Program-made: the position numbers and the translations under genes
Shown: positions 9,118 to 18,075 of the stretch, one piece after another
Layout: the number at the start of each line of letters is the position of its first letter
How positions within the stretch are numbered: position 1 is the stretch's first letter
DNA from: Clostridia bacterium
GTDB taxonomy: Bacteria > Bacillota > Clostridia > UBA1212 > UBA1255
Assembly: GCA_017613535.1 (NCBI GenBank)
Contig: JAGADO010000042.1
Location: 1 to 50,479 of the forward strand
Reading direction: 5' to 3'
Length of the DNA stretch: 50,479 nucleotides
Notes under the pieces: generated by a model
Databases searched by the model: none
The model's input: the letters and a program-made list of their open reading frames with translations, nothing else
What the model was told of the DNA's origin: nothing

Positions 9118-10917
9118 TCACTGTGCCTGGGATACAGGCTCAAAATCGGCGGCACCGTGTTTGCACAGAGGACAGACGAAATCTTCGGGAAGTTCGTCGC
9201 CTTCGTACACGTAGCCGCATATCTTACATACGAACCCTTTCTTCGTCCCGGTATCGGGCTTGGGTTTAACGTTGTTCTGATAATAAGTATACGTCATCGT
9301 CTCGGTCCTGGATATGACGCGCGCTTCCGTGATCGAGCATATAAACAGGCCGTGCGTGCCCATGTCGATATACTGCTCGACCTTAAGAGACATAAACGAA
9401 TTTATGTACTGAGGCAGGAAACGAAGGCCGTTGTCCGAACGCATTTCGGCGACACCTTCGAATTTGTCCGCGTTGCGGCCACTCCTGAATCCGTAATTCT
9501 GGAAGACGGAGAACGGCGCGTCGGTGGACAGGCAGTTAACGTTCATTATACCGGTCTGCCTGATGATGTGGTGCGAGTAATTGTCCTTATTAATAGCCAC
9601 GGCGACGCGGTTGGGAGAACTGGTGAGCTGCGTGACGGTGTTCACGATAAGGCCGTTGTCCCTCGTACCGTCGTTAGAAGTCACGACGTACAAGCCGTAG
9701 CCGATATTGAACAGCGCCTTGAAGTCGTTCTTATTTACCGTTTCGCCGCGCTGAGCCATATATTCGATGCAGAGTTCATCCGCGAGCGCTTCTATCTGCT
9801 TCGAAGACTCTTCGCTCAGAGCGGATCTTACGTGTACCGTGTTCTCGGCAAATTTGATGTTCTTCCCCGTCGAGAGCATCTCTTTCATAACTTTCGCGGC
9901 CTGTGGAGCCCACGAGCCGTTCTCTATGAACGCAACGGTGCGGTTCGCAAAATTGCGTTCTTTCAGGTGGTCAATAAACGTGCGCATAAACGGGAAAATG
10001 TCCGCATTATACGTCGTGGTGGCAAGTACTATCTTTCCGTATCTGAACGCATCTTCCACCGCTTCCGCCATATCGTCCCTGGCAAGATCCGTCACGGACA
10101 CTTTCGGGCAGCCCTTCGCCTTAAGCTTATCAGCGAGCAGTTCAACAGCCTTTTTCGTATTTCCGTAAACCGACGTGTATGCGATGAAAATGCCGTCAGT
10201 CTCCACTCCGTACGAAGACCAGATGCTGTAGAGATTCAGGTAGTACGACAGATTCTCTTTAAGCACGGGACCGTGCAGAGGACAGATCGCCGCGACGTCG
10301 AGCGCCGAGAGTTTTTTCAGCACGGACGTAACCTGTGCGCCGTATTTTCCTACGATACCGAAGTAATACCTTCTGGCCTCGCACGCCCAGTCTTCCTCAA
10401 CGTCGAGCGCTCCGAATTTACCGAAAGCGTCAGCCGAGAAAAGGACCTTATCGCCGCTGTCGTAAGTCATTATAACTTCGGGCCAGTGGACCATCGGGGC
10501 CGTGTGGAAGCTCAGCAGACGCGTGCCGAGAGAAAGGCTGTCCCCCTCGCCCACTATAAGCCTTCTGTCGCTGAAATCGCTTCCGAAGAAATTCTGCATC
10601 ATGGCAAAAGCTTTCTGGGACGCCACTATGCGCGCCTGCGGAAACAGTTTCATAAAGGCGGCAATGTTTGCGGAGTGATCCGGTTCCATATGAGACACGA
10701 TCAGGAAATCGGGTCTGCGGCCGGCAAGCGTTTTCTGAAGATTATCCAGCCATTCGTGAGAAAAATTGCGGTCGACCGTGTCGAAAACCGCTATTTTTTC
10801 GTCAAATATGATGTAAGAGTTATACGCCATGCCGTTTGGCACGTCGTACTGTCCCTCAAAAAGGTCTATTCTGTGATCGTTTACTCCGATATATCTGATC
10901 GTGTCAGTTATAAACAT
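9118..10917 (-). CDS. fprA: Flavodiiron protein (FprA-type) fused to flavin reductase and C-terminal rubredoxin (class D architecture)
   Basis: Di-iron ligands SHMEPDHS, MVHWPE, FSADAFG, PLHGP; flavodoxin YTSVYGNT; flavin-reductase-like YGLYVVTS...GTHGLFI; rubredoxin CKICG...CPLC. Confidence 0.92.
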   Translation of the reverse strand: MFITDTIRYIGVNDHRIDLFEGQYDVPNGMAYNSYIIFDEKIAVFDTVDRNFSHEWLDNLQKTLAGRRPDFLIVSHMEPDHSANIAAFMKLFPQARIVASQKAFAMMQNFFGSDFSDRRLIVGEGDSLSLGTRLLSFHTAPMVHWPEVIMTYDSGDKVLFSADAFGKFGALDVEEDWACEARRYYFGIVGKYGAQVTSVLKKLSALDVAAICPLHGPVLKENLSYYLNLYSIWSSYGVETDGIFIAYTSVYGNTKKAVELLADKLKAKGCPKVSVTDLARDDMAEAVEDAFRYGKIVLATTTYNADIFPFMRTFIDHLKERNFANRTVAFIENGSWAPQAAKVMKEMLSTGKNIKFAENTVHVRSALSEESSKQIEALADELCIEYMAQRGETVNKNDFKALFNIGYGLYVVTSNDGTRDNGLIVNTVTQLTSSPNRVAVAINKDNYSHHIIRQTGIMNVNCLSTDAPFSVFQNYGFRSGRNADKFEGVAEMRSDNGLRFLPQYINSFMSLKVEQYIDMGTHGLFICSITEARVISRTETMTYTYYQNNVKPKPDTGTKKGFVCKICGYVYEGDELPEDFVCPLCKHGAADFEPVSQAQ

Positions 10918-10950
10918 TATGCGCTCCCCGTCCTTTACTGATCCGTTCTT

Positions 10951-11259
10951 TCAGTCAAACATTTTAAGCAGATCTGCTTTCGCCTTATACCCGAGAGACT
11001 TGGCCACGGCGCTTCCGTTCTTAAAGGCGAATACCGTAGGAATAGCCTCTATTCTGTATTGCATGGCAAGCTCGGGCTCGTCGTCAACATTTACTTTTCC
11101 TACTTTAATATCGCTTCTTTCTTCCGCTATCTCGGCAATGACCGGAGCGAGCATGCGGCAGGGTCCGCACCAAGATGCCCAGAAATCAACAAGCACCGGA
11201 ACGTCCGACTTTATGACTTCTTCCTCAAAATTGTTTTTCGTCAATGTTATTTCAGCCAT
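10951..11259 (-). CDS. trxA: Thioredoxin
   Basis: [15 protein letters not shown], 102 aa, GGAGG RBS. Confidence 0.97.
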   Translation of the reverse strand: MAEITLTKNNFEEEVIKSDVPVLVDFWASWCGPCRMLAPVIAEIAEERSDIKVGKVNVDDEPELAMQYRIEAIPTVFAFKNGSAVAKSLGYKAKADLLKMFD

Positions 11260-11273
11260 TTTAAATTACCTCC

Positions 11274-11477
11274 TCAGTCATCAAGATGCTTGTAATAGAG
11301 CATGCAGTGGCAATATCCCTCAAACTCCGGATCTTTTATCTGATTCCGGAATTCCTCACACATGCACTTGTATTCGGGCGTGCGCTTCGTCCTGCAGGGA
11401 CAATATCCGCCCGTGCGTCTGAGCCCTTCTTTTACGGCTTCGACGACTTCTTTGTTTTCGTTAAGAGTTATGCGCAT
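11274..11477 (-). CDS. Ferredoxin:thioredoxin reductase catalytic-subunit-like small Fe-S protein
   Basis: Motifs YCPC, KCMC, YCHC-LY. Start moved to ATG 11477 (MRITLN), 4 nt after the dfx stop. Confidence 0.85.
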   Translation of the reverse strand: MRITLNENKEVVEAVKEGLRRTGGYCPCRTKRTPEYKCMCEEFRNQIKDPEFEGYCHCMLYYKHLDD

Positions 11478-11481
11478 ATCG

Positions 11482-11856
11482 TCACGCCTTCCAGAGTCCG
11501 TGGAGGTTGCAGTATTCATATACGGCAATGACCCGGTCTCCTTCGCAGATCCTGAAGCATACTTCGGGCTTCGATCCGGGCGTCAGGCGCTTGCGCTGAT
11601 TTCCGGCCTGCGTCTGAAGAGCCACCCACTCGATATAGTGCTCTTCGACCATAGGATGAGGAACCGAACCGATCTCTACGATGACTCTGTCTCCTTCCAC
11701 TCTGTATACCGGAACATGTTTTTCCTTTGAGGCGTCAACAGTACCGGGGACGATTTCCTTCATGGGCTTTCCGCAGCATACTACCGGGACGCCTGTGTCA
11801 TTGACTTTTGCGATGATCTGTCCGCAATTTTCGCACTGGTAAAATTTGAGTTCCAT
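11482..11856 (-). CDS. dfx: Desulfoferrodoxin (2Fe superoxide reductase)
   Basis: CENCG...VVCCG (desulforedoxin domain), EKHVP, HPMVEEHYI, YCNLHGLW. Confidence 0.95.
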   Translation of the reverse strand: MELKFYQCENCGQIIAKVNDTGVPVVCCGKPMKEIVPGTVDASKEKHVPVYRVEGDRVIVEIGSVPHPMVEEHYIEWVALQTQAGNQRKRLTPGSKPEVCFRICEGDRVIAVYEYCNLHGLWKA

Positions 11857-11987
11857 TTTTATTCCTCCTTTTAATGATCCGGCACTGAGCGCCGCATTTA
11901 GAACATACCTGCCTTTTGTCCGATTATACCATACCCTCGGATCAAATAAAAGTGAAACTTGCGCGTTTAAAAGACGCGGTCAGGCTC

Positions 11988-12016
11988 TTGACAACCGCCC
12001 AGTTTTTGTGTACGCT
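11988..12016 (+). promoter_or_regulatory. Putative sigmaA promoter for the DUF5107 gene
   Basis: TTGACA-N17-TACGCT, ending 38 nt upstream of ATG 12055. Confidence 0.45.
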
Positions 12017-12054
12017 TCGGCCATATGGATCCGGCACGAAAGGCGGTAATTTAA

Positions 12055-14178
12055 ATGTCCGTATACACAAGCACACTGACCCTCAAAGGAGCGCCTCCGG
12101 AAGGCCTTAACCCCCTTCCGCGTTTCAGAAGAGCGACCGGAATCTCCATCCACGAAACAAAGGGCGATTTCCCGCAGGAAGCCGCGGAAAACATAGGAGG
12201 ACAGACAAGGACGCTCCCGTACAGGATGCAGGACCGTTATCCGGCCGAACTCCGTACAGTAACGTTAAAGACAGTCGTGCTTGAAAACCGCTTTCTGAAA
12301 GCCGTGTTCACGCCAGAATACGGAGGAAAACTCTGGTCTCTTTACGATAAAGAAAACGGCAGGGAGCTGCTACTGGCAAACAGTATTTTAAGGCCGCGCA
12401 ACCTCGCGATCAGGAACGCATGGACCGCGGGCGGGATCGAGTGGAACTTCGGGTCTATGGGACACACTGTATTCTCGTGCGACGATGTTTTTGCCGCCGT
12501 TCTCAGGGACGGGGACGGAAATGAATTTCTCAGGATATACGAATTTGAACGATCCAAGGAATGCGTCTGGCAGGCTGATTTCCACCTCCCCGAAGATTCG
12601 CGCGTGCTGCTTTCGCACGTAAAGCTGACCAACCCCAATAATGAAGACTCGACCACATACTGGTGGACTAATATTGCCGTGCCGGAAGACGGACACACGC
12701 GCGTACTCTCATCGTCGCAGCACGTCATCGCATTGTGCGGCAGGACTCTCACGTACGAAAAACTCCCGTACCTCTCGGTCATGCCGGGCGATATGTCGTA
12801 CCCGGTCAATGCCACGCGCAGCTTCGATTACTTTTTCCAGCCCGAAAGCGACGTAAAAACAGCGTGGGAATGCGCCGTTGACAATGGCGGGTTCACGTTC
12901 TACGACCGTTCCACCGCGCCTCTCATCTACCACAAAATGTTCTGCTGGGGCAATCACTACGGCGGACAGCGCTGGCAGGATTACCTCTCCGAACCGGGGA
13001 AAGGATATTACATAGAGATACAGGCAGGCATTGCCCAGAGCCAGCTCCATGACAAGCTGTTTCCTGCCGGAGGCGTTTTTGAATGGACGCAATGTTTCGG
13101 CAGCACTATTGTCGACCCCGCAAAGATCCACGACGTCAGTCTCGATGAAGCGGACCGTTTCATGGACGTTGAGATCGAACGGCTGATCGGCGAAGAAGAA
13201 CTGCTCGCGTTCAACGAAAAATACAAAAAAGCCGCGGAGATCGTACCTGAAGAGCGGAACGTAGTACACGCCGCGTCGGGCTGGGGAGCACTCGAACTAA
13301 GGCGCGAAGCGAAGACAGGCGACAGCAGACTTCCCTCTTCGCTCTGTTTCCCAGAAAGCACACTCGGGAAAGAGCAGGAACAATGGCTCGAACTCCTCGA
13401 AAGCGGATTATTGACCGCGCCCGATCCCGGCGAGATACCGCCGTCATGGATGGTTTCGCAGAAATGGGCAGCACTGCTTGAAAAAAGCTTTGACCGTCCC
13501 GGCGGAAGGAACTGGTTCAGCCTTCTCCACTACGGAAATATGCTGTTCGAGTATATGCCCGATAACGTCGTTGCCGCCGTTTCAGCGAAATGGCCGTACA
13601 GCGAACGGAGCCGCTACGAATCAATGGCTGAAGATATGTGGAAAGAATCCGACATGCTTTGCCCGAACGTCTGGGCGAGGCGAAACCTGGCTTATCTTGA
13701 GTATCTGCGCGATAACGAGGACAAAGCTTTTGAGTATTACCGCTCCGTATTCGAACTTGAAGCGTCGCACTCCGATTTCGCGTTCTGCGCAGAATTTATG
13801 GGCTGGCTGAATCACAGCGGAAAATACGCCGAATCGTGGGCGCTTTACGGATCGATGCCGGACAATCTCCAGACCGAGGACAGAGTTGCGCTGTGCGCCG
13901 CCGGATGTGCGGTAAAGCTCGGCTACCTCGATTTCGCCGAAAAAGTGATCCTTGCGGAACACTCGACAATAAGGGAAGGCGAAAACAGCCTGACCGATAT
14001 GTGGTTCGAATTGTGCGCCAGAAAACGCGCTAAAGAAAACGGCTTAGATCCGGCGGCCGTCGATAAGGACACGCTGTCAAAGCTGAAAGAAGAAGCGGAG
14101 GATAATTGCCCCCCGCCCTATTCGATCGATTTCAGAATGAGTTACGACAAAAAAAGGCAGTACAGAGCATCCGAGTGA
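12055..14178 (+). CDS. DUF5107-like protein with C-terminal helical/TPR-like region
   Basis: LENRFLKAVFTPEYGGKLWSL, NLAIRNAWTAGGIEWN, YWWTNIAVP, YIEIQAG. Confidence 0.8.
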   Translation: MSVYTSTLTLKGAPPEGLNPLPRFRRATGISIHETKGDFPQEAAENIGGQTRTLPYRMQDRYPAELRTVTLKTVVLENRFLKAVFTPEYGGKLWSLYDKENGRELLLANSILRPRNLAIRNAWTAGGIEWNFGSMGHTVFSCDDVFAAVLRDGDGNEFLRIYEFERSKECVWQADFHLPEDSRVLLSHVKLTNPNNEDSTTYWWTNIAVPEDGHTRVLSSSQHVIALCGRTLTYEKLPYLSVMPGDMSYPVNATRSFDYFFQPESDVKTAWECAVDNGGFTFYDRSTAPLIYHKMFCWGNHYGGQRWQDYLSEPGKGYYIEIQAGIAQSQLHDKLFPAGGVFEWTQCFGSTIVDPAKIHDVSLDEADRFMDVEIERLIGEEELLAFNEKYKKAAEIVPEERNVVHAASGWGALELRREAKTGDSRLPSSLCFPESTLGKEQEQWLELLESGLLTAPDPGEIPPSWMVSQKWAALLEKSFDRPGGRNWFSLLHYGNMLFEYMPDNVVAAVSAKWPYSERSRYESMAEDMWKESDMLCPNVWARRNLAYLEYLRDNEDKAFEYYRSVFELEASHSDFAFCAEFMGWLNHSGKYAESWALYGSMPDNLQTEDRVALCAAGCAVKLGYLDFAEKVILAEHSTIREGENSLTDMWFELCARKRAKENGLDPAAVDKDTLSKLKEEAEDNCPPPYSIDFRMSYDKKRQYRASE

Positions 14179-14234
14179 CTGCTTCGGACCGCCTTGTGCA
14201 CATTCGTGCGCGACAGTTTACAATTCAGTTTTCA

Positions 14235-14921
14235 TCAGAGAGCTTCCGGATACTCGTTGCACAGCAGCCTGTACGGAGGCTCGTCTTCTTCTATCTCCGG
14301 AAAACGTCCGGCGGGAGGATCGAAGTGATTGTCCGTATTATCATCGTTGCACTGACTAACCTCTCCTAAAAGCACATCCCCGGTTCCCGCTTCGACCGAA
14401 AAGTCGTGATACAGACGCTGCTGAATGAAGATGCTTTCTCCTGGCGTCAGTCTCACCTGTGTCCCTGCCGGTACAGTATATGTACGGCCGTCTGTGTGAA
14501 CAGTGACGTCGGACTCGTAATCGATAGTTTCATCGGGGTGCGAATTGTATACGCGGATAAGGATATTGCCCCCGCCGCGGTTGATGATGTCCTCGGTCTT
14601 GAACCAGTGGAAGTGATTGAGCGAATACTGCCCTTCCTTCAGGAACAAAAGTTTCTCCGCATAAACCTTCGGGTATTTGTCAGGCATCAGTCGGTTTCCG
14701 TTTCTGATGGTTATGAGCGAAAATCCGACTTCGTCAAATTTTCCCAGGCCGTAGTCTGTTATATCCCATCCGAGCATGCAGTCGCGCACCTCGTCATATT
14801 CATGTCCTTTTGTTTTCCACTCTTCGGGCGTAAAGTTGCAGAAAGGCGGCAGCATAAAGCAATGCTTTTCGCACATTGCTTCGAGTTCTTTAAGTGCTTT
14901 GTTTATTTCGCTGCGTTTCAT
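14235..14921 (-). CDS. D-lyxose/D-mannose-family cupin sugar isomerase
   Basis: MKRSEIN, LGWDITDYG, YAEKLL, metal ligands HFHWFKTEDIINRGGG and LYHDF, GEVSQCNDDNTDN, RFPEIEEDEP. Confidence 0.9.
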   Translation of the reverse strand: MKRSEINKALKELEAMCEKHCFMLPPFCNFTPEEWKTKGHEYDEVRDCMLGWDITDYGLGKFDEVGFSLITIRNGNRLMPDKYPKVYAEKLLFLKEGQYSLNHFHWFKTEDIINRGGGNILIRVYNSHPDETIDYESDVTVHTDGRTYTVPAGTQVRLTPGESIFIQQRLYHDFSVEAGTGDVLLGEVSQCNDDNTDNHFDPPAGRFPEIEEDEPPYRLLCNEYPEAL

Positions 14922-14981
14922 ATTATCTCCTCCGTTCTGAAGCGCGTCTCCTTCGTGAGATGCTTTTTCTCAACCGCTGAA

Positions 14982-15011
14982 ATTATAACGCACACGGAGG
15001 CACGTTTGCAA
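14982..15011 (-). promoter_or_regulatory. Putative sigmaA promoter for the sugar isomerase
   Basis: TTGCAA-N18-TATAAT on the minus strand. Confidence 0.55.
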
Positions 15012-15069
15012 GAACCGGTAGAATATGGCTCTGCTCCCGAAATCGATTGATGATAACAAAGCTTGTGTA

Positions 15070-15420
15070 CGTCATAGAAAATGAACTGATCCCGCTGTTT
15101 TGCTATGACGGGAGCAGCGACACATCATCTAAAATGAACGAGACAGCCATCGAGGCAGCGCCGGCCTTGATGTATTCACATTTCCAGGATCGGGTTCTGC
15201 CTCTTCGATTGAAACACAGCCAAATATCATAGAAGGAAACAATCTTTTAAGATTCTCTATGACCTCAGGATGTTTCCAATACATTGAGCATACAAAAATG
15301 AGCTATTTCGTCATAGAGAAAACCCGGATATTATTTTTCTCTATGACGCGCATTGCCATCCGCCTCAAAAACGAGCGGCCCCATCATAGAGAAATTAAAC
15401 ATATCGCATTTCTCTATGAT
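15070..15420. repeat. Periodic array of palindromic units TCATAG(AGAA)...(TTCT)CTATGA
   Basis: TCATAG/CTATGA arm pairs span 15072-15108 (37 bp), 15227-15262, 15311-15346 and 15384-15419 (36 bp each). Interiors and inter-unit sequences differ. Possible degenerate unit near 15147. Confidence 0.88.
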
Positions 15421-15663
15421 TGATAGCGAAGCATTAGCATTAGCATTATCGCCGGCATCAGCGTCGGTATTTATGATCAGCATAATTTTACGATTTCGAG
15501 AGCAGAGGCCGGAATCAGGCTTTTACATACAAAATCGCAGCGGATCATATTGATTATTCATCAGATTTGTGGTATATCATAACCCGAAAGGCATAAAGTG
15601 CGGGACTGATCCCGCGCAAAGCATATATCGGTGCAGAAACCGATACCGGCAGGAAAACGAAAT

Positions 15664-18075
15664 ATGGACGAACAGAAAGAAAACGCGAAAAAAGATATAA
15701 AAGAAAAAGAAGAATCCTTAAGCCTTCCAACCGGAACGCCGGAAGACATCGTACTGACGCCCGAGAGCGGATTGACAGAACAGGAAGCAGCCGAAGCCAT
15801 GGCGGCAGGAGACGGAAACAAAGCCTCCGTCGAACCGGGAAAATCGGTCCTGCGCATCGTTGCCGATAACCTGTTCACTCTGTTCAATCTGCTCAACATA
15901 TTGCTGGCCATCGCGCTCGTAATTGTCGGAGCGTACAGAAATATGCTGTTCCTCGGCATTGTCATCAGCAACACCCTTATAGGAACGATACAGGAACTGC
16001 GCGCCAGAAAGACCGTAAAAAAACTCAAACTCCTGAGTGAATCACCAGTAAAGATCAAGCGCGGCGGCACCGTCGGAGAGTACCCCGCCGATGAAGCAGT
16101 TAAAGGCGATATCGTCATTCTGAAAGCAGGCGATCAGGTCCCGGCTGATGCTATAATGCGTTCCGGCGTCTGCTCCGCGAGCGAGGCTCTTCTGACAGGC
16201 GAACAGGACGCTGTCGAAAAGAAATACGGCGACTGGCTGTATTCAGGCAGTTTCCTGACATCCGGAGCGTGCGAGTGCCAGCTCGTGCATGTGGGTGATA
16301 ACAGCTACATCAACAGACTAAGCAGAAACGCTAAAAAGATCGTGCCTCCCAAATCTGCTCTGATGACCGATCTGCGCCGCATCGTGAGGATCGTAAGCGT
16401 GCTGCTCATACCAATCGGCATACTGCTGTTCTGCAAGCAGTTTTTCATGCTTCACTCTCCGCTGACCGAAGCGATACCTTCGACCGTCGCGGCAATGATC
16501 GGCATGATCCCCGAAGGGCTCGTGCTGCTGGCATCGGTAGCGCTGGCGGTAGGCGTTGTAAAGCTCGGTATGAGGAAAACGCTCGTGCAGGAATTGTACG
16601 GGATCGAAACGCTGGCAAGGATCGACACGCTCTGCCTGGATAAAACAGGCACGCTCACGACAGGGGCAATGTCATTGGCGGAACTGATCCCGCTCGACGC
16701 TGACGAAGAAGAACTGAGAAAAACGCTTGCAGACTTCCTCGGCGCCGTTGACAACACCGCTCCCACCCTTGCCGCGATCTGCCGCGAGATCGAGCCTGTG
16801 CCCAACACGCCGGAAGTACTTCTCCCCTTCTCGTCAGACCGCAAGAACACCGCCGTAACATTTCCGGGCGGAAGAACGATCGTGGTCGGAGCTCCCTCGT
16901 TTACGCTCGGAGAGTCGTACGCAGGACGGTACAAAGAGATAGTCCGGGAGAAGGCAGCCGCCGGTCTCAGAGTGCTCGCCATTGCCGAATGCGAAGGAAG
17001 CATCGAGGACGGTAAGATCCCTCCTGTCACAAGGATCCTCGGCTTATGCGTCATTTCAGACGAACTCAGAAAAGAAGCGCCTCAATGTCTCGAATATTTC
17101 AGGGAAGAGGGCGTCACGATAAAAGTGATTTCTGGAGACGATTCCGTAACGGTATCGTCTATAGCAGAATCCGCCGGTTTAACTGGAGCATCGTCGCACG
17201 CGGTAGATACTTCGCTTCTGAAAGACGAAGAACTTGAAGAAGCAGCGGAAAAATACATAGTTTTCGGACGTGTTACGCCGGAACGCAAGCGCATGCTGAT
17301 CGCGGCAATGAAAAAAGCCGGTCACAACGTCGCGATGACAGGCGACGGAGTAAACGACATACCCGCGATGAAAGTTGCCGACTGCTCGATCGCAATGGCG
17401 GGCGGCGCAGATGCGGCGAGACACACGGCTCAGCTGATACTGCTTGACAATAACTTCACTTCCCTGCCCGAAGTCGTTTCCGAAGGAAGACGAGTTATCA
17501 ACAACATTACCAGGACATCTTCTCTGTTCCTCGTTAAAACGATCTTCTCGTTCCTCCTGAGTCTTCTGATGCTGGTGCTCCCGGCGTCGTACCCGTTCCA
17601 GCCGATACAGCTGACTCTCGTATCTGCCGTTTCAATAGGCATACCCGGATTTTTCCTGGCGCTCGAGCCCAATAAGGTCCGCGTTAAGGGCAATTTCCTC
17701 AAAACCGTCTTTTCGAATGCTCTTCCCGGAGGTATCTGCGTGACGATAGCGGCTGCTCTGTCGGCGATGCTCAGTTCGGTCTGGTCTAAAGCTTCCTGCT
17801 CTACTATGGCCACCGTGGCAGCAGGTATCATCGGTCTGCTGATGCTTCTTAAAGTCTGCCTGCCGTTCACGAAACTCCGCCTGGCCGTATTCACATCGAT
17901 GTGCGTGCTGTTTGCCATTGCGCTCGCGTTTTTCGGCAGAATATTCTACCTGACACCGATCAGCGGAGGCCAGGTGGCAATACTTGCCGGGATCGCGCTG
18001 TTCGGTGCCGGAGTCATATTCGGGATCCGTTATTTATACCGCAAATTCAGGAAAGGCGGCGCCAGAAATCCCTGA
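15664..18075 (+). CDS. Cation-transporting P-type ATPase (CtpE-like)
   Basis: GMIPEGL, DKTGTLT, ISGD, MTGDGVND, LLTGEQ; multiple TM segments. Start moved to ATG 15664. Confidence 0.93.
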   Translation: MDEQKENAKKDIKEKEESLSLPTGTPEDIVLTPESGLTEQEAAEAMAAGDGNKASVEPGKSVLRIVADNLFTLFNLLNILLAIALVIVGAYRNMLFLGIVISNTLIGTIQELRARKTVKKLKLLSESPVKIKRGGTVGEYPADEAVKGDIVILKAGDQVPADAIMRSGVCSASEALLTGEQDAVEKKYGDWLYSGSFLTSGACECQLVHVGDNSYINRLSRNAKKIVPPKSALMTDLRRIVRIVSVLLIPIGILLFCKQFFMLHSPLTEAIPSTVAAMIGMIPEGLVLLASVALAVGVVKLGMRKTLVQELYGIETLARIDTLCLDKTGTLTTGAMSLAELIPLDADEEELRKTLADFLGAVDNTAPTLAAICREIEPVPNTPEVLLPFSSDRKNTAVTFPGGRTIVVGAPSFTLGESYAGRYKEIVREKAAAGLRVLAIAECEGSIEDGKIPPVTRILGLCVISDELRKEAPQCLEYFREEGVTIKVISGDDSVTVSSIAESAGLTGASSHAVDTSLLKDEELEEAAEKYIVFGRVTPERKRMLIAAMKKAGHNVAMTGDGVNDIPAMKVADCSIAMAGGADAARHTAQLILLDNNFTSLPEVVSEGRRVINNITRTSSLFLVKTIFSFLLSLLMLVLPASYPFQPIQLTLVSAVSIGIPGFFLALEPNKVRVKGNFLKTVFSNALPGGICVTIAAALSAMLSSVWSKASCSTMATVAAGIIGLLMLLKVCLPFTKLRLAVFTSMCVLFAIALAFFGRIFYLTPISGGQVAILAGIALFGAGVIFGIRYLYRKFRKGGARNP

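Noticed and set aside
9157-10941. 594-aa antisense ORF opposite the flavodiiron gene (likewise 25723-27402, 37556-38716, 28342-29427, 1949-2923)
   Set aside because: Each mirrors a well-supported gene on the other strand and has no recognisable motifs; expected shadow ORFs from codon bias.
15070-15420. Canonical CRISPR array
   Set aside because: Only the arms are conserved, the cores are unrelated and no cas genes are in the window; kept as an unexplained repeat array instead.
15047-15553. Small ORFs 15047-15232 and 15353-15553
   Set aside because: TTG starts with no clear RBS; they run through the palindromic units and microsatellite and look incidental.
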